Below are positions 54,294 through 63,828 of a DNA stretch of 64,000 bases, one piece after another. The position numbers were made by a program, and so were the translations under genes. The DNA lies in NCBI GenBank assembly GCA_031177685.1, contig JAPSGI010000012.1, forward strand, positions 13,656 to 77,655, written 5' to 3'. Position 1 is the first letter of the stretch. The number at the start of each line of letters is the position of its first letter. This stretch comes from Solirubrobacteraceae bacterium (GTDB taxonomy: Bacteria; Actinomycetota; Thermoleophilia; Solirubrobacterales; Solirubrobacteraceae). Below the pieces are notes generated by a model. The model had not been told where the DNA came from. It did no database searches and was given only the letters and a program-made list of their open reading frames with translations.

Positions 54294-54496
54294 CTCGACT
54301 CTCCTGAGAGGCGGGCGCGCTCGATGGCGGCGGTGAGCTCCAGCCAGCCGTTGAACCGGACGACCGCGCCGTCCGTCGCGATGACCTGACCCGTCAGCGG
54401 CTGGCGACCGGTCGTCAGCTCGAGTCCGAGGCGTGTCACCGGCGAGCGGGCGGCGCGCTGGTCGTCGGGGTCGCGGGTATCGGCCGGACGTGTCAC
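54290..54496 (-). CDS. Possible mini-protein (47-68 aa) ending ...GAVVRFNGWLELTAAIERARLSGESR
   Basis: C-terminal tail of shadow ORF 54290..55825. The TGA overlaps the next ATG (ATGA 54290-54293). GC3 is about 85 % in my manual codon count. GTG starts are possible at 54496 or 54439, with no strong RBS. Confidence 0.45.
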   Translation of the reverse strand: MTRPADTRDPDDQRAARSPVTRLGLELTTGRQPLTGQVIATDGAVVRFNGWLELTAAIERARLSGESR

Positions 54497-54592
54497 GCCG
54501 CGACTGTCCCACGGCGGCCCGGGCCGTCCATCGGGATACGCCCCTGAAGTTTTGCGGTTGACAGCGCGCCCGCACGACACGAGGCTCTCGGG

Positions 54593-57412
54593 ATGGGGGT
54601 TGGGGTCGCCGGCGGGCTGCTCGAACGCGAGCACGAGTTGGCGCGGCTCGAAGACGTCCTCGCGCGCGCGGCGCGCGGAGCCGGCTCTGCCATCGCCGTC
54701 GAAGGCCCGCCCGGGATCGGCAAGAGCGCCCTGCTCGACGCGGCGGCCGCGCTGGCGCGCGAGCGGGGGCTGGGCACGCTGCGCGCGCGCGGCGGTGAGC
54801 TGGAGCGCGCGCTCTCCTTCGGGGTGGCGCGCGACCTGCTCGCGCGGCACGTCGCGCGTGCCTCCGGAGCCCTGGCGGCGCGCCTGCGCGCCGGTGCCGG
54901 CGCCGTGGCGCTCCCGGCGCTCGGCCTGGGAGCGTCGGAGGGCGCCCCGCCCGAGAGCGAGGCGGTGCACTACGGCCTGACCTGGCTGGTCACCGACCTC
55001 GCCGGCGAGGCGCCCCTGGCGCTGGTCGTGGACGACGTGCACTGGGCGGATCCCGAGTCCGCGGGGTGGCTGGCGCATCTGGCCCGGCGGGTGGCGGACC
55101 TGCCGGTGGCGCTGCTGCTGGCTGCCCGGCCACCGGACGCGCAGGCCGAGGCCGAGCCCGTGAGCGCCCTGCGCGAGCTCGCGGACGTCGAGCGGCTGCG
55201 CCCGGCGCCGCTGGAGCGCGAGTCGGTCGCGGCGCTCGTACGCAGCCTGTACGCGCCGGAGGCCGCGGACGAGTTCGTGAGCGCCTGCCACGCGGCGGCG
55301 GGGGGCAACCCCTTCCACACCCACGCGCTGCTGGACGCCGCCGCCGGGGAGGAGATCGCGCCCACGCGCGAGGGAGCGGACGCGCTGGCGGCGCTGGCGC
55401 CCGAGGCGGTGCGCCGCTGGGTCTCCGGCGCCTTGCGACGCGCCGGCGAGGACGCGGCGGAGCTCGCGCGGGCCTGCGCGGTCCTCGGCGAGAACCCCGA
55501 GCGGCGCCACGCGGCGGCCCTCGCGCGACTCGGCTCCGCCGAGCTCGATGCCGCCGCCGAGCGGCTGGCGGCGCAGGGCCTGCTCCCCGCGGACGGCCCG
55601 CTGCGCTTCACGCACCCGATCGTCCTGGCGGCCGTCCGGCAGACCGTGCCGCCTCGCCGTCGCGGCGCGCTGCATCGCGCGGCCGCGGTGCTGTTCGAGC
55701 GCGACGCCGACCACCGCCGAGCCGCCGCGCACCTGCTGGAGGTCGAGCCGGCCGCAGACCACCAGGCGGTGGCGACGTTGACGGTGGCGGCCGGCCAGGC
55801 ATTGGCCGAGGGCGCGATCGCGCACGCCGCCCGCCTCACCGAACGGGCGCTGGCCGAGCCGCCGCCGGACGAGCAGCGCGCCACGCTTCTTGGAGGCCTC
55901 GGATTCGCGCGGCTGTGGGCGCGCGTGCCGGGCGCGGCGGCGGCGTTCCTCGCGGCCGCCGACGCGACCCCGGACGTCGCGGCCCGACTCGAGTTCGTCC
56001 AGTACGCCGGCTGGGCCGGTCTCCTGGACGCCGAGACGCCGATGCAGGAGGTGGTCCGTCGGGCGGCCGAGCTTCCGCGGCGGGGCGACGACGGCGGTGC
56101 GCGGCTGGACGGCATGCTCGCCGTCCAGGCGCGCTGGCTGGGCGTCCCTGAGGTGCCGCCGTCCACGGAGGCGCTCGTGGCGCGCGCGGAGCCCCTATCG
56201 GGGGATTCCGCATCCGAGCGCGAGCTGCTCGCCGCGGCCGTCCTGGCCGCCGGGGTCGAGGCCGCCCTGCCGGCGCCGCGCCTGCTCGCGATGGCCCGGC
56301 GCGCCTTCCGCTCGCCGGCGGAGACCCCGCCTCACGCGCCGGTCACGGCGGGGTTCGTGGCCGCCGCCATGGGCGCGGGCGCGGAGGTCCTCGAGGCCGT
56401 CGAGTCGGGCATCGCGGAGTACCGAAGCCGCGGAAACCTGGCGGCCATGTACGGGCTCGTGAGCCTGCGGCTGCTCACCAACTGGCGGCTGGGCCGGCTG
56501 CGCGAGGCCGAGGCCGATGTCCGTGGCTACTGGGAGACGTGCCGCCAGGATCGGCGCTGGTCCTGGGTCTGGTCGTCGGGCCTTGCCGCGATGCTCTACG
56601 TGCTTGCCGCGCGCGGCCTGGTCGAGGAGGCGCAGGCGCTCGTGGACGAGGAGGGGCTGCCGCCGAGCGACGGCGGCTCGTACGCCCACGACGGCGTGCG
56701 CGGCGCCGCCGGCTACATCGCGCTGGAGCGGGGCGACGTCGCGCGCGCGGTGGAGCTGCTCGGCGCCTACGACCGCGGGCTCGCGCGACGTCACATGGAG
56801 TACGAGGCGCCCGCGCCCGCCACGCGGCCGTTCCTGGTCGAGGCGCTGGTGCGCAGCGGGGACGTCGAGGCGGGGCGCGCGCTGGCCGAGAAGGACCTGC
56901 GGCTCGCGCGGGCCGTCGGCGCCCCCGGACAGGTCGGGTTCGCGCTGCGCGGTCTGGGGCTGGCGATCGGCGGACCCGAAGGACGCGCGCTCGTCGAGGA
57001 AGGGCTGCCGCTGCTCGAGCGCGCGGGGGAGCGCGAGCGGCTGGCGCGCGCGCTGCTGGACGCCGGGCGCATGGTGCGGCTGGAGGGACGGCCGACCGAC
57101 GCACGCGAGCCCCTGCGCCGCGCGATGGGTGTCGCCGAGGACTGCGGCGCGGACCTCGTCGCGCAGCGGGCGCTCGAAGAGCTGCGCGCGACGGGCGCCC
57201 GCCCGCGGCGTCGCGAGCTGAGCGGCCCGGCCTCGCTGACGCCGAGCGAGCTGCGGGTCGCGCGGCTCGCCGCGCGTGGCCGCACGAACCGCGAGATCGC
57301 CCAGGAGCTGTTCGTTTCGACGAAGACGGTCGAGACCCATCTCGGCCACGTCTACGGCAAGCTCGCGATCGCCGGCCGGGCGCAGCTCGCCGCGGCCATG
57401 CGACGACCCTGA
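54593..57412 (+). CDS. LAL-type (large ATP-binding LuxR) transcriptional regulator
   Basis: Walker A GPPGIGKSALLD, Walker B LVVDDVHWAD, long helical/TPR-like middle region, C-terminal LTPSELRVARLAARGRTNREIAQELFVSTKTVETHLGHVYGKL. Confidence 0.9.
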   Translation: MGVGVAGGLLEREHELARLEDVLARAARGAGSAIAVEGPPGIGKSALLDAAAALARERGLGTLRARGGELERALSFGVARDLLARHVARASGALAARLRAGAGAVALPALGLGASEGAPPESEAVHYGLTWLVTDLAGEAPLALVVDDVHWADPESAGWLAHLARRVADLPVALLLAARPPDAQAEAEPVSALRELADVERLRPAPLERESVAALVRSLYAPEAADEFVSACHAAAGGNPFHTHALLDAAAGEEIAPTREGADALAALAPEAVRRWVSGALRRAGEDAAELARACAVLGENPERRHAAALARLGSAELDAAAERLAAQGLLPADGPLRFTHPIVLAAVRQTVPPRRRGALHRAAAVLFERDADHRRAAAHLLEVEPAADHQAVATLTVAAGQALAEGAIAHAARLTERALAEPPPDEQRATLLGGLGFARLWARVPGAAAAFLAAADATPDVAARLEFVQYAGWAGLLDAETPMQEVVRRAAELPRRGDDGGARLDGMLAVQARWLGVPEVPPSTEALVARAEPLSGDSASERELLAAAVLAAGVEAALPAPRLLAMARRAFRSPAETPPHAPVTAGFVAAAMGAGAEVLEAVESGIAEYRSRGNLAAMYGLVSLRLLTNWRLGRLREAEADVRGYWETCRQDRRWSWVWSSGLAAMLYVLAARGLVEEAQALVDEEGLPPSDGGSYAHDGVRGAAGYIALERGDVARAVELLGAYDRGLARRHMEYEAPAPATRPFLVEALVRSGDVEAGRALAEKDLRLARAVGAPGQVGFALRGLGLAIGGPEGRALVEEGLPLLERAGERERLARALLDAGRMVRLEGRPTDAREPLRRAMGVAEDCGADLVAQRALEELRATGARPRRRELSGPASLTPSELRVARLAARGRTNREIAQELFVSTKTVETHLGHVYGKLAIAGRAQLAAAMRRP

Positions 57413-57472
57413 AAGTTCGGGGGGCCCTCCCGATGGCACGTGCGCCAACTCGGGTCATGCTCGTGCCGAGCC

Positions 57473-58768
57473 ATGGACGCGCGCCGCGCACGAACCGCAG
57501 TTCTCGGATCCGTCGCGGTAGCCCTCTGCTTGTGCATCTCGACGGCGGCGCAGGCAGCGTGGGTGCGAATGCCGGATCTCTCGCCCGGTCGTCCTCGCGA
57601 ATCCGCCCCGGAGGACGTGGACGTCGCGGTCGCGGCCTCGGGCGCCGCGGCCGTCGCGTGGTCGTATGGGACGGACGCCGGAGGGCCGCTCGTCGCCCTG
57701 CGCGACCGGCCCGGCCGGTTCGGCGCCGGGCAGCGGATCCGCGGCGCGGATGGACTCTTCCCACGTGTTGCGATCGCCGCGGACGGCGAGGCGGCAATTG
57801 CGTTCCGGCGCGCCGGTCTCGACGAGATCGCGCTGGCCACGCGACCGCCGCGAGGCTCGTTCTCGGACACGGCCGTCCTGCAGGCAGGACGCACCGACGG
57901 ACGGCTGCGTGCGCTGGCCTTCGACGGCGCGCGCGCGCTCTGGATGTGGGTGAGCTACGAGACCGCCGGCGAAGGCCTGCTCGTCCGCCGGGCCGACGGC
58001 TCGCTCTCCGAGCACCCGCTGCCGCCGGGTGCGATCGCACCGGACGATGCGCTCGGCCGGCCCCTCGGCCTGGACGCGTCGGGCGCACTGACGTTCATGC
58101 GGGAGCTGCCGGGCAACGTGCTCGCCATCCAGCGCCGCGACTCCGCGGGCGTACTTGGGCCCCACCAGCGACTGGGGCGCTACGCCTGCAATCAGGACGA
58201 CGAGGCGCCGTACTGCAACCTGTCGGCCGAGGTCGCGGTCGCACCCTCGGGAGATGCGCTGGCTGTCTGGTCGAGCGCGCCGGCGCTGCGACTCGCGCCC
58301 AGGGTGCGCGTCGCCCAGCGGCGGGGCAACGGCTCCTTCGGCGCCGCGCGCACGGTCGGGCCGGCGGGTGCGGTCGACCCGCGCGCGGAGATGGGCCAGC
58401 GCGGAGACGGATTGGTCACCTGGCGTCAGGGGCGCCGCGGCAGCGTGCTCTACGCGCTGCTTGCAGACCGCCGCGGCCGCCTGCACAGGCCCCGGCGGCT
58501 GGGCATGCCACGCGAAGGCGAGCGCACCGCCACCGTGTCCTCCCGGGGACACGCCATCGTGCTGTGGGAGCAGCCGCGCGGGCAGCTGCGCGCCGTGGTG
58601 CGTCGCCCCGGACGGGGCTTCGCGGCGAGCCGGGTGATCGCGCGTGACGCGGCCGGGATCCTCGCTTGGGACGTCGGGATCGACGCCTCGGGCCGCGCCG
58701 TGGTCGCCTACGTAGGCGGGCGCGCCGCGGGCCGGTTCGCCCTGCGCGCTTTGGAGTACCGGCCGTAG
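57473..58768 (+). CDS. Secreted hypothetical repeat protein
   Basis: ATG 57473, inside ORF 57440..58768. Signal peptide MDARRARTAVLGSVAVALCLCISTAAQA. Recurring strand-like ...G.A.VAW.... segments. No family recognised. Confidence 0.7.
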   Translation: MDARRARTAVLGSVAVALCLCISTAAQAAWVRMPDLSPGRPRESAPEDVDVAVAASGAAAVAWSYGTDAGGPLVALRDRPGRFGAGQRIRGADGLFPRVAIAADGEAAIAFRRAGLDEIALATRPPRGSFSDTAVLQAGRTDGRLRALAFDGARALWMWVSYETAGEGLLVRRADGSLSEHPLPPGAIAPDDALGRPLGLDASGALTFMRELPGNVLAIQRRDSAGVLGPHQRLGRYACNQDDEAPYCNLSAEVAVAPSGDALAVWSSAPALRLAPRVRVAQRRGNGSFGAARTVGPAGAVDPRAEMGQRGDGLVTWRQGRRGSVLYALLADRRGRLHRPRRLGMPREGERTATVSSRGHAIVLWEQPRGQLRAVVRRPGRGFAASRVIARDAAGILAWDVGIDASGRAVVAYVGGRAAGRFALRALEYRP

Positions 58769-59038
58769 ATTCCACGATCGTGATGCGTTTCGTGGACTAA
58801 TCCTCCCCGCTTTGGTGCTCTTCTCGGGGCCGGGCAGCCGGCGCGCAATAGTGGTTGGACATCAGAGGAGATTCACTCGACTCGGGCACCCTCGTCGTGA
58901 GACGGGTCCGCAGAGCCACGGGACTCCATCGGAGTCGGCCGGGCTAATACCAAGCGCCCCACGCTGATCGCCCCTCGGGCGGTCCGGGACGCCACAGGAA
59001 TGTCGTAGGGGCTGCTCGTCACATTTAGGGAGGACCTC

Positions 59039-60229
59039 GTGTCCAACCCCGTCCATCGCAATCGCTTCTGGCGCCTCGGCGTCGCCCTGGCCGCCGTGTC
59101 CGCGTTCGTGGCGTTCCCGGCCGGCGCGCAGGCCGCCACCGTCCAACTCGGCACCGCCGCGTCCTTCGTCGTACTCGGCGCGCAGTCCGTCACCAACACC
59201 GGCCCGTCGGTGCTCACCGGCGACCTCGGGGTCGCCCCGGGCACGTCGCTCGTGGGCTTCGGCTCGCCGGCTGTGGTCAACGGCGCCACCCACAACAACG
59301 ACGAGGTCGCCAACACCGCGCAGGCGGACGTGGACACCGCGTACGGGGTCGCCGCCTCCGAGCCGGTCCCGCCCGGCAACGTGCTGACCGGCACGGACCT
59401 CGGCAACCGGACGCTCATGGCGGGCGCCTACCGCTACGACAGCTCGGCCCAGCTCACCGGGCAGCTCACGCTCGACGCCGCGGGTGACCCGAACGCGCAG
59501 TTCGTGTTCGAGATCGGCTCGACGCTGACGACGGCGCCGGCCAGCTCGGTCCGGCTGATCAACGGCGCCTCGCCGTGCAACGTCTTCTGGCAGGTCGGCA
59601 GCTCGGCCACGCTGGACACGACGACGGCGTTCCAGGGCAACGTGATGGCCCTCGCGGACATCTCCCTCAACGACGGCGCCTCGGTGATCGGGCGGCTGTT
59701 CGCCCGCGACGGCAGCATCACCCTGATCAACAACGTCCTCGACAACTCGCCGTGCGTCACGGGCAGCACCGACCCCGACCCCGATCCGACCGACACCGGG
59801 ACCGAGACGACTACGTCGCCGGCCGGAACCACCACCACCGGTGGATCGAGCTCCGGCGGCGCGAACGGCGCGCCGGGCGCCTTCCCGGCGGTGCCGCTCG
59901 TCAAGCCCGCCAGCGCTCGCAGGCTGACCCGCATCGGTCGCGCAATCATGCGGCGCCGCGCGAACGCGGGCTGCAGCGCCGGGTACCGCGCGATTGTCCG
60001 CGGCCGCATGATCAAGCGCGTCGTGTTCTACCTCGACGGCAAGCGCGTGCGGACCCGCAGCCGGGGCCCCTTCGGCGTCTACGTCCGGGCCGCCCCCGGC
60101 CGTCATCGGCTCACCGCGCGCGTCACGTTCACGGACGCCACCCGCGCCCGGACCCTGACGCTTCGCTACCGGGCCTGCGCCGCCGGTCCGCTGCGTCCGC
60201 GCCGCGGACCCTCGCGGTTCACCGGATGA
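59039..60229 (+). CDS. Secreted DUF3494 ice-binding-like family protein with Thr/Gly-rich linker and basic C-terminal domain
   Basis: TAGGGAGGA, then GTG 59039. LGTAASFVVLGAQSVTNTGPSVLTGDLGVAPGTSLVGF...AQADVDTAY...LTLDAAGDPNAQFVFEIGSTLTT...NVFWQVGSSATL is the DUF3494 signature. Confidence 0.85.
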   Translation: MSNPVHRNRFWRLGVALAAVSAFVAFPAGAQAATVQLGTAASFVVLGAQSVTNTGPSVLTGDLGVAPGTSLVGFGSPAVVNGATHNNDEVANTAQADVDTAYGVAASEPVPPGNVLTGTDLGNRTLMAGAYRYDSSAQLTGQLTLDAAGDPNAQFVFEIGSTLTTAPASSVRLINGASPCNVFWQVGSSATLDTTTAFQGNVMALADISLNDGASVIGRLFARDGSITLINNVLDNSPCVTGSTDPDPDPTDTGTETTTSPAGTTTTGGSSSGGANGAPGAFPAVPLVKPASARRLTRIGRAIMRRRANAGCSAGYRAIVRGRMIKRVVFYLDGKRVRTRSRGPFGVYVRAAPGRHRLTARVTFTDATRARTLTLRYRACAAGPLRPRRGPSRFTG

Positions 60230-60951
60230 ACCAACCCGTCCGCGACGTCCCGCGACTCCCCGGCTCACGCCGGGGGGTCGCGGTGGCGTTTCTCGCGGCC
60301 GGTGCCGGCTGCGCCCTAGCCGGTCCCGCGCCGGCCGCCGTCCCGGCGAGCCAGCCCACGGTGGCGTTGCTGACCGATCACGTCGCGCGCACCGCGCCGG
60401 ACCTGGACGCCCGCCGCATCGAGACGGTGGCGGCGCGCCGGCCGCTCACCCGCGTGCGAACCGTCCTGCCGGTGCTCGACGACGCCGGCGCGAAGCCGTG
60501 GGTCCGGGTTCGGCTTCCGGGCCGCCCCAACGGGCACAGCGGCTGGATCCGCGCGCGCAACACGCGGCGCAGCGCCACCGCGTGGCACCTGGCGATCGAC
60601 CTTTCTGCCCGGCGCGTGACGGTCTACCACGGGGGGGTCGTCCAGCGCCGCTTGCGCGCTGTCGTCGGCAAGCCCTCGACGCCGACGCCGCGCGGGCGCT
60701 TCTTCATCGAGGAGGCCGTGGCGACGACCGCGCCGCGCGGCGGTCCCTTCGCCCTGGCGACCAGCGCGCGCTCGGCCGTCTTCCAGTTCTTCGACGGCGG
60801 CCCCGGCCAGGTCGCCATCCACGGAACGCGGAATCTCTCCGGCGCCCCCGGGACCGCTGCCTCGCACGGCTGCGTGCGGCTGCCCACGCGCGACATCACG
60901 TGGCTGGCCCGCCGCATCGCGGCCGGCGTCCCGCTGACCATCACGAGCTAG
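60226..60951 (+). CDS. L,D-transpeptidase (YkuD domain)
   Basis: ATG 60226 overlaps the upstream TGA (ATGA). VGKPSTPTPRGRFFI and the catalytic ...IHGT......SHGCVRL. It is the last 241 codons of track ORF 59575..60951. Confidence 0.9.
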   Translation: MNQPVRDVPRLPGSRRGVAVAFLAAGAGCALAGPAPAAVPASQPTVALLTDHVARTAPDLDARRIETVAARRPLTRVRTVLPVLDDAGAKPWVRVRLPGRPNGHSGWIRARNTRRSATAWHLAIDLSARRVTVYHGGVVQRRLRAVVGKPSTPTPRGRFFIEEAVATTAPRGGPFALATSARSAVFQFFDGGPGQVAIHGTRNLSGAPGTAASHGCVRLPTRDITWLARRIAAGVPLTITS

Positions 60952-61235
60952 CCGCGGTCCAGCTCGGCCTTGAGCTCGCAGCGGTCGATCGAGACGCGGG
61001 TGCCGGGCGTGTCGGAGGGGTCCATCGCGTCGAACGCGGCCTCGGCCGCCGCCATGTCCTCGGCCGTCTCGAAGTGCTGGATCACCACCGCGGTCCGCTG
61101 GTCGGCGTCTTGGAGGATCTGGATTCGCTGCACGGGAGCGTCCACGGGGGGTCCCCCGCGCTCCTGGGCGCCAGCCACGCGACTGGCCAGGCGATCGGGG
61201 TCCACGTCCGAGAACCTGACGATGCGTGCGTACAT
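60948..61235 (-). CDS. Small hypothetical protein (95 aa)
   Basis: GAGGAGGAG, then ATG 61235, inside ORF 60948..61361. MYARIVRFSDVDPDRLASRVAG...VVIQHFETAEDMAAAEAAF (ferredoxin-like/ABM-like by feel). The stop shares CTAG 60948-60951. Confidence 0.7.
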   Translation of the reverse strand: MYARIVRFSDVDPDRLASRVAGAQERGGPPVDAPVQRIQILQDADQRTAVVIQHFETAEDMAAAEAAFDAMDPSDTPGTRVSIDRCELKAELDRG

Positions 61236-61282
61236 CACTCCTCCTCGTGTCGCCGACGGGGCGAACCTACCAGGCGCCAGGC

Positions 61283-62239
61283 TCACGCACCGGCGCGGCG
61301 CGCGGCGGTCCGCCGCCGGCCGATCCACAGCCGGTCCGCGCCCGCCCACGCCGCGAAGCACAGCCCGCCGACCGTGCCGGTCACGGTCAGCAGCACGCCG
61401 GCGGCCGCCGCCGCGGCCACCCCGTCGCTGCCGAGGATGAGCACGGCCGCCGCCGCGCCGACGCTGGGACCGACCGGGAGCTGACTGAGCGTGACCAGCG
61501 CGATCAGCACGGCGATCGCGTCGAACAGGGACGCGTCGACGCCGACCGCGTGCAGCAGCAGCCAGTTGCGGAGGATCTGCGCGAACACGGCCACGAGCAC
61601 GAAGGCGACCACGCGCGTGCCGCCGCGCAAGCTGCGCAGCACCGCCAGGCCCTTCCAGAGCTCGCGGCCCTTACGGAGCGCGAGGTGGCGCAGACCCGCG
61701 CTCGCCGTTCCGATCACGGCGAAGAGGATCAGCGGCAGCCACCACGGCAACCCGAGCGGCCCGACGAGCGTGAACGACGTCAACGCCGCCAGCGCCGCCT
61801 CGATCGCGATGATCGGGAACTCCGCGGCGATCAGCGTCGGGATCTGCGGGCTCACCTCCGGGGAGGAGCGGCGCAGCGCGGCGATCCGCGCCGCGATCCC
61901 GAGGTGTCCGTTGATCACGCCGCCCAGGACCTGCATGCTCGACGCGCGGAAGAGCACGCGGCGCGCGACCGTCCCGCCGGCGGCCTCGATCGTCAGATGC
62001 CACGCCTCGCTGCGGGCGAGCAGAGCCACGATCTGCAGCAGCGCGGTCAGCGCGAGCACCCACAGCGTCGCCTCGGCGAGCGCCTGCGTGAACTCGTGGC
62101 GCCGCCCGGCGAGCACCAGCGCGAGAACGGCCGCGGTGAGCAGCGAGCCCACGACGGTGATTGCCGTGCGGTGACGGCGACCGAACGCGCGCACGGTGGC
62201 CACGACGCCACGGGCTCCGGGCTCGGGAATGGCCTGCAT
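61283..62239 (-). CDS. Integral membrane protein, lysylphosphatidylglycerol-synthase-TM/flippase-like (UPF0104-type)
   Basis: Eight or so hydrophobic segments and family-like ...LLARSEAWHLTI..., ...NWLLLHAVGVD..... Call is from topology and motif feel only. Confidence 0.7.
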   Translation of the reverse strand: MQAIPEPGARGVVATVRAFGRRHRTAITVVGSLLTAAVLALVLAGRRHEFTQALAEATLWVLALTALLQIVALLARSEAWHLTIEAAGGTVARRVLFRASSMQVLGGVINGHLGIAARIAALRRSSPEVSPQIPTLIAAEFPIIAIEAALAALTSFTLVGPLGLPWWLPLILFAVIGTASAGLRHLALRKGRELWKGLAVLRSLRGGTRVVAFVLVAVFAQILRNWLLLHAVGVDASLFDAIAVLIALVTLSQLPVGPSVGAAAAVLILGSDGVAAAAAAGVLLTVTGTVGGLCFAAWAGADRLWIGRRRTAARRAGA

Positions 62240-62360
62240 GACGCGACGCTACAAAAGCCGAGCAGTCGAGCCGGGTCGCCTGCTACGGTGGCCGTCCAAG
62301 TTCCTTTGGACGGGCAGTTTCGACTTTCACTCCAGGGACCCCACGGACGGAGGTTCCGCC

Positions 62361-62960
62361 ATGCGTTCCATGCACCGGCAATGGGCCGCGCTCGCCATCG
62401 TGAGCGCGATCGGCCTGTCGCTCCTGCTCGCCAGCTCCGCCACCGCGCGCATCCCCCGCTTCAGCCCGCCGACGATCGTGCCGGGCACGTCGATCGGCGG
62501 CGTGAAGGTCGGGATGACCAAGGCGCAGGCGGTCGCCGTCTGGGGGCGGCCCGACCGCAGCCAGCCGGATGGGAGCGCCACCTGGTTCATGTACACCGCG
62601 ATCAAGACCCTGGACAGCGGACAGGTGATCCCCTACCCGCAGCCGTTCGCCGGGTTCTACGTGCGCGCGCGGCGGGTGGTCGCGGTGAGCATCGAGACCG
62701 CGGAGAACGCGGCCGCCGACGCGAAGCTGCGACGCGTGCGCACCAGCCGCGGCATCCGCCTGGAGTCGACGATGGCGGCGGCGCGGCGCGCCTACGGGTT
62801 CAGCGTGCGCGGGCAGGGAGAGGCCGGGCTGTCACGCGGCTTGTTCCGCCAGCAGCGCCGCTGCACGCTGTTCTACGCGCCGGACTCGCCGTACCAGGTG
62901 ATCGAAGCGATCGTCGTCGGGCTCTGCTCGGCGGACGCCGGCCTGCTGAGGGGCGTATGA
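62361..62960 (+). CDS. Secreted hypothetical protein
   Basis: GGAGG, then ATG 62361, inside ORF 62196..62960. Signal peptide MRSMHRQWAALAIVSAIGLSLLLASSATA. GTSIGGVKVGMTKAQAVAVWGRPD is a SmpA/BLIP-like motif. Confidence 0.7.
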   Translation: MRSMHRQWAALAIVSAIGLSLLLASSATARIPRFSPPTIVPGTSIGGVKVGMTKAQAVAVWGRPDRSQPDGSATWFMYTAIKTLDSGQVIPYPQPFAGFYVRARRVVAVSIETAENAAADAKLRRVRTSRGIRLESTMAAARRAYGFSVRGQGEAGLSRGLFRQQRRCTLFYAPDSPYQVIEAIVVGLCSADAGLLRGV

Positions 62961-63826
62961 CCATGCGCGGTCCGGCGACCCTCGCGCTCGCCGCCGCCGC
63001 CCTCGGCATCGCCGCCGCGCCGGCCTCCGCCGCCCCGCCCTGCGAGAGCATCAGCGCCGTGGTGCAGGGCCTGGACGACGGCAACGTGGTCGCCACCGGT
63101 CGCTCTACCCGCGCGATCAAGATCTCGGGCCAGGACGAGGGCGAGATCACCAACGTGGTCGCCTCGGTGCCGGCGCCGGGCGCCGTCCAGGCGACGCGCA
63201 CCGCGCCTGGCCGGTACTCGCTGGCGTTCGCCCTGCCCGCCGCCGGGACCGTGCGGCTGACCATCTCCTGGGACGAGGTGAGCGCCGACACGCCCGCCGA
63301 CTACGAAGGGCGCGTGATCACCTGCACGCAGACCACGCAGATCGTGCTGCGGGCGGCGCGGCCGGCGGCGATCGGAGTCCGGGGCGAGGAGACCAGCTTC
63401 GAGAACGGGATCGTGGCCGACTTCGTGTTCCCCGGCTGCCGGGCGGCGGTCGTGGCGGCGCCGGTGACGGTCACCGTCCGCTACCGGCTTGGGCCAAAGG
63501 GGCGGCCGCGCCGCGTCCCGATCCCGCCGGCTCCCACCGCACGTTCGCCCAAGCTCGTGCTGGTGCTGCCCGACCCGTGCGCCGTTCGGCTCCCGCGCCG
63601 GAGCGTCTCGCTGCCCGGCCGGGGAAGCGTCTTCGTCGGCCCCGGGGAGCGGGGGCTCGCGGTGGTGGCCAAGCGCACGTTCGCCGGCCGCGGCGCCTAC
63701 GCCGCCCACTACATCGTGGAGTTCGCCCAGCCGGGGTTCCGGACCGTGCGCTTCGACATCATCGGCACGTTCAACCTGAGCGCCAACGGCAAGGCGAGCG
63801 GCAGCCAGATCCGGCGCCTGGGCTGA
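62957..63826 (+). CDS. Secreted hypothetical protein
   Basis: ATG 62957 overlaps the upstream TGA (ATGA). Signal peptide MTMRGPATLALAAAALGIAAAPASAA. It is the last 289 codons of track ORF 61226..63826. Confidence 0.7.
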   Translation: MTMRGPATLALAAAALGIAAAPASAAPPCESISAVVQGLDDGNVVATGRSTRAIKISGQDEGEITNVVASVPAPGAVQATRTAPGRYSLAFALPAAGTVRLTISWDEVSADTPADYEGRVITCTQTTQIVLRAARPAAIGVRGEETSFENGIVADFVFPGCRAAVVAAPVTVTVRYRLGPKGRPRRVPIPPAPTARSPKLVLVLPDPCAVRLPRRSVSLPGRGSVFVGPGERGLAVVAKRTFAGRGAYAAHYIVEFAQPGFRTVRFDIIGTFNLSANGKASGSQIRRLG

Positions 63827-63828
63827 GG

